From: Trichodesmium sp.
GTDB lineage: Bacteria > Cyanobacteriota > Cyanobacteriia > Cyanobacteriales > Microcoleaceae
Assembly: GCA_051439685.1 (NCBI GenBank)
Contig: JBFRWR010000793.1
Coordinates: forward strand, 1 to 43,969
Direction of reading: 5' to 3'
DNA length: 43,969 nt
The notes under the pieces were generated by a model. The model was not told the DNA's origin and ran no database searches. It was given only the letters and a program-made list of their open reading frames with translations. Below are positions 41,780 to 43,969 of this stretch, piece after piece. Position 1 is the first letter of the stretch. The number at the start of each line of letters is the position of its first letter. A program made the translations under genes and the position numbers.

Positions 41780-41930
41780 GACTCTGAAAGGATTTTACTG
41801 ATAGATATGACTACATCTACAGGACTTAAAATCATTGTAGGGAAGTTTCATCGAACCTCCCTACATTCTTTTTTGGAAATACCTATTAATATAGAGGAAG
41901 CGATCGCCTAATTATCTAGGCAAACAACTT

Positions 41931-42240
41931 ATATCATGTCCGGTTACAGTGATAAATAATTACGGAGGAGACAGGAGACAGGAGTTAACCCACCCCTAAC
42001 CCCTCCGGTGGAGGGGAACCGGAAGTCAGGAGTCATATAAAATCCGGTTGAACAGTTGTCATTGCGACGATAGGAAGCAATCTCCTCAAACCCTGAGATT
42101 GCTATCCGTTCCGGAATGCTCCGCATTCATGTCACGAAGTGAAACCTTCCACTCCGTTCCAGTCGCAATGACGCGAGCTATAGTAATTATCTGGATTTTA
42201 TATCAGAACTTTTTTATCATTAATTATCCGGACATGATAT
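41931..42240. mobile_element. MITE with TIR ATATCATGTCCGG / CCGGACATGATAT containing the second family E copy
   Basis: Perfect 13-bp inverted termini. A related element spans about 43709-43953. Confidence 0.75.
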
Positions 42241-42270
42241 TACCAAAACTTATGAATAAAAAATGGATTT

Positions 42271-43149
42271 ATGGAAGAATTTATTAGAAAGCTGCTAACC
42301 AACTTTGTCGAACTAACTATTTTTTCCCTAATGCTGTCATTAGGGTTAAACTTAACCATCAAGCAAGTCACATTATTATGGCGAAAACCTAAAATACTAC
42401 TCACTTTTTTATTAGCAGTAGATGTATTAGTTCCTATAGTCACCTTGCTAATAGTATTACTATTATTTGATTTGCCACAACCAGTCAAAATAGGTCTAAT
42501 ATTAATGGCAGTATGTCCAGGGGCACCACTTACCACCAGAAAAATAGTCCAAGCAAAAGGCTACTTTCCCTATGCAGTCAGTTTTCAGGTAACAGTTTCT
42601 TTGTTAGCAGTAATTACCGTTCCCTTACTGTTAGCAATTTTAAGTTCTCTGTTTCCCCCTGATGTTGATATTTTACCCAGACAAGTTGCGGAACAAGTAA
42701 TATTTGCTCAGTTGCTCCCCATCAGCATCGGTATTGCTATCAGAGAAACATGGCCGCAACTTGCCGATGATATGGGAAAACCACTAACGAAAATTGCCAA
42801 CGTGATGTTCATAGTCTTGGTAATTTTTGTGTTGGTAAAGAGTCTGGATATTGTTCTGAGTTTGAGTTGGTTATCAGTAGTAGCAATTATTTTGATGACA
42901 GTTTTATCTTTAGCGATCGGTCATTTATTAGGGGGACCAAGAGAGGATACTCGGACAGCGTTAGCAGTTTTCTGTGCCACTCGTAACCCAGGTTTAGCAC
43001 TATTAATTGCTAGTTTAAATTTTCCACAGTTGGGGGTATTGCCAACACTGATAGCTTATGTGTTAGTGGGAGCTTTAGCTGCTATTCCTTATCTGAGTTG
43101 GCGCAAACGTATTGCTGCTCAACGTGCTAAAGCAGAAATGGAAATTTAA
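42271..43149 (+). CDS. Bile acid:sodium symporter (SBF/BASS) family transporter
   Basis: 'MLSLGLNL', 'GLILMAVCPGAP', 'QLLP...G..IR..WP' and 'RNPGLALLIA'; about 9 TM helices. Confidence 0.88.
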   Translation: MEEFIRKLLTNFVELTIFSLMLSLGLNLTIKQVTLLWRKPKILLTFLLAVDVLVPIVTLLIVLLLFDLPQPVKIGLILMAVCPGAPLTTRKIVQAKGYFPYAVSFQVTVSLLAVITVPLLLAILSSLFPPDVDILPRQVAEQVIFAQLLPISIGIAIRETWPQLADDMGKPLTKIANVMFIVLVIFVLVKSLDIVLSLSWLSVVAIILMTVLSLAIGHLLGGPREDTRTALAVFCATRNPGLALLIASLNFPQLGVLPTLIAYVLVGALAAIPYLSWRKRIAAQRAKAEMEI

Positions 43150-43208
43150 TTGATCAAAGAAAAGTTTCTCAGTCAAAACAGCAGCAAAAATCAAGCTATC
43201 GCCCCACT

Positions 43209-43312
43209 TACAGCAGTTTCGGAGTTAGTGAGGTACAGAGTTTTATGACTTTAGTAAATATGAAAGAGATATTAGTTTTCAACTGTATCTCACCATCCTA
43301 AAAAGTGCTGTA
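43209..43312. mobile_element. MITE family B copy
   Basis: Reverse complement of 5538-5641, TA-flanked. Confidence 0.8.
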
Positions 43313-43969
43313 ATTCTAGATTTTTCGGCGTTGGTGATTTGAGGTATGATTTCTTGTTGGGATAAGAGCGCGAACAAAAAACTTTCTCCCTCTACTATTC
43401 TTTCTTCTTCTTTCTTTCCTCCTGACTCCTGATTCCTGACTCCTGACTCCTAAATAATTAAGATTAGTATCATACACGCGCTTCACCAACGCCGATTTTT
43501 CCATACTAGAATTTGGATTATTTCTCATTAGCATGAATTGGCAATTATATACAGCAGTTTCCGAACTTATGAGGTACAGTTATTTTTCTTCTTTTCTATT
43601 CCCTGTTCCCTCAAACCTAAATTTTTGTACCTCATAAAAAGGGAAAACGCTCTAATGACATAGATATAGCTTTACAGAAGTTATATATAACCGATAAAAA
43701 AATAGATAATATCATGTCCGGATAAGAGCGTGATAGAACTCCGTTCCGCGCTCCGCGACCAAAAAACTTGCTCCTCTTTAATAGTTGAAAACTTCCTCTT
43801 TAATACTTAAAAACTTCCTCTTCTTCCCTCCTGACTCCTGTAGGGACGTTGCATCCAACGTCCCTACGACTCCTATTTCCTATCTCCTGTCTCCTGTCTC
43901 CTGTCTCCTGACTCCTCCCTAATTATTTATAACTGTTCAACCGAACATGATATAAGGTCATCACTTATG

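Larger units (their letters stand above)
8685..41907. repeat. Dispersed HIP1 octamers (GCGATCGC), 10 seen
   Basis: Starts at 8685, 9660, 10199, 18752, 19032, 31154, 33311, 35413, 39184 and 41900. Confidence 0.85.

Noticed and set aside
41603-42287. Similar small ORFs (RHCDDRKQSP...) suggesting a peptide family
   Set aside because: They are translations of the twin REP-bearing MITEs; the similarity is at the DNA repeat level.

Overview
AT-rich chromosomal window from a filamentous cyanobacterium, most likely an Oscillatoriales genome of the Okeania/Trichodesmium type. This assignment is inferred from ten HIP1 GCGATCGC sites, ftn2, a PatA-type regulator, pilMNOQ without pilP, heptamer STRR tracts and very long intergenic regions. 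Coding content: an orphan NitT/TauT ABC permease, a four-gene Ter stress cluster (terZ-like, terA-like, two terD paralogues), peptide deformylase, HtrA/HhoA protease, pdhA, ftn2/ARC6, a 4-EF-hand protein, folC, a PatA-family regulator, a sugar ABC binding protein, pilMNO-pilQ, HU, cobD, a cysteine-less flavoprotein disulfide reductase homologue, DoxX, a metallophosphoesterase, a C-type lectin-RTX protein and a bile acid:Na+ symporter-family protein. The notable non-coding features are: (1) a 4 x 205-bp tandem amplification of the terD upstream region, RBS and first 14 codons; (2) a DNRLRE-like PEP-CTERM pseudogene missing from the ORF track and interrupted by a MITE; (3) at least seven non-autonomous MITE families with readable TIRs and TSDs, nested up to four deep, plus 21-25-nt SDR-like micro-insertions; (4) a 55-bp direct repeat flanking a hairpin, and a GC-rich structured island between pilO and pilQ. 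I saw no transposase, reverse transcriptase, CRISPR array, tRNA or rRNA. All calls were made by eye, without database searches.
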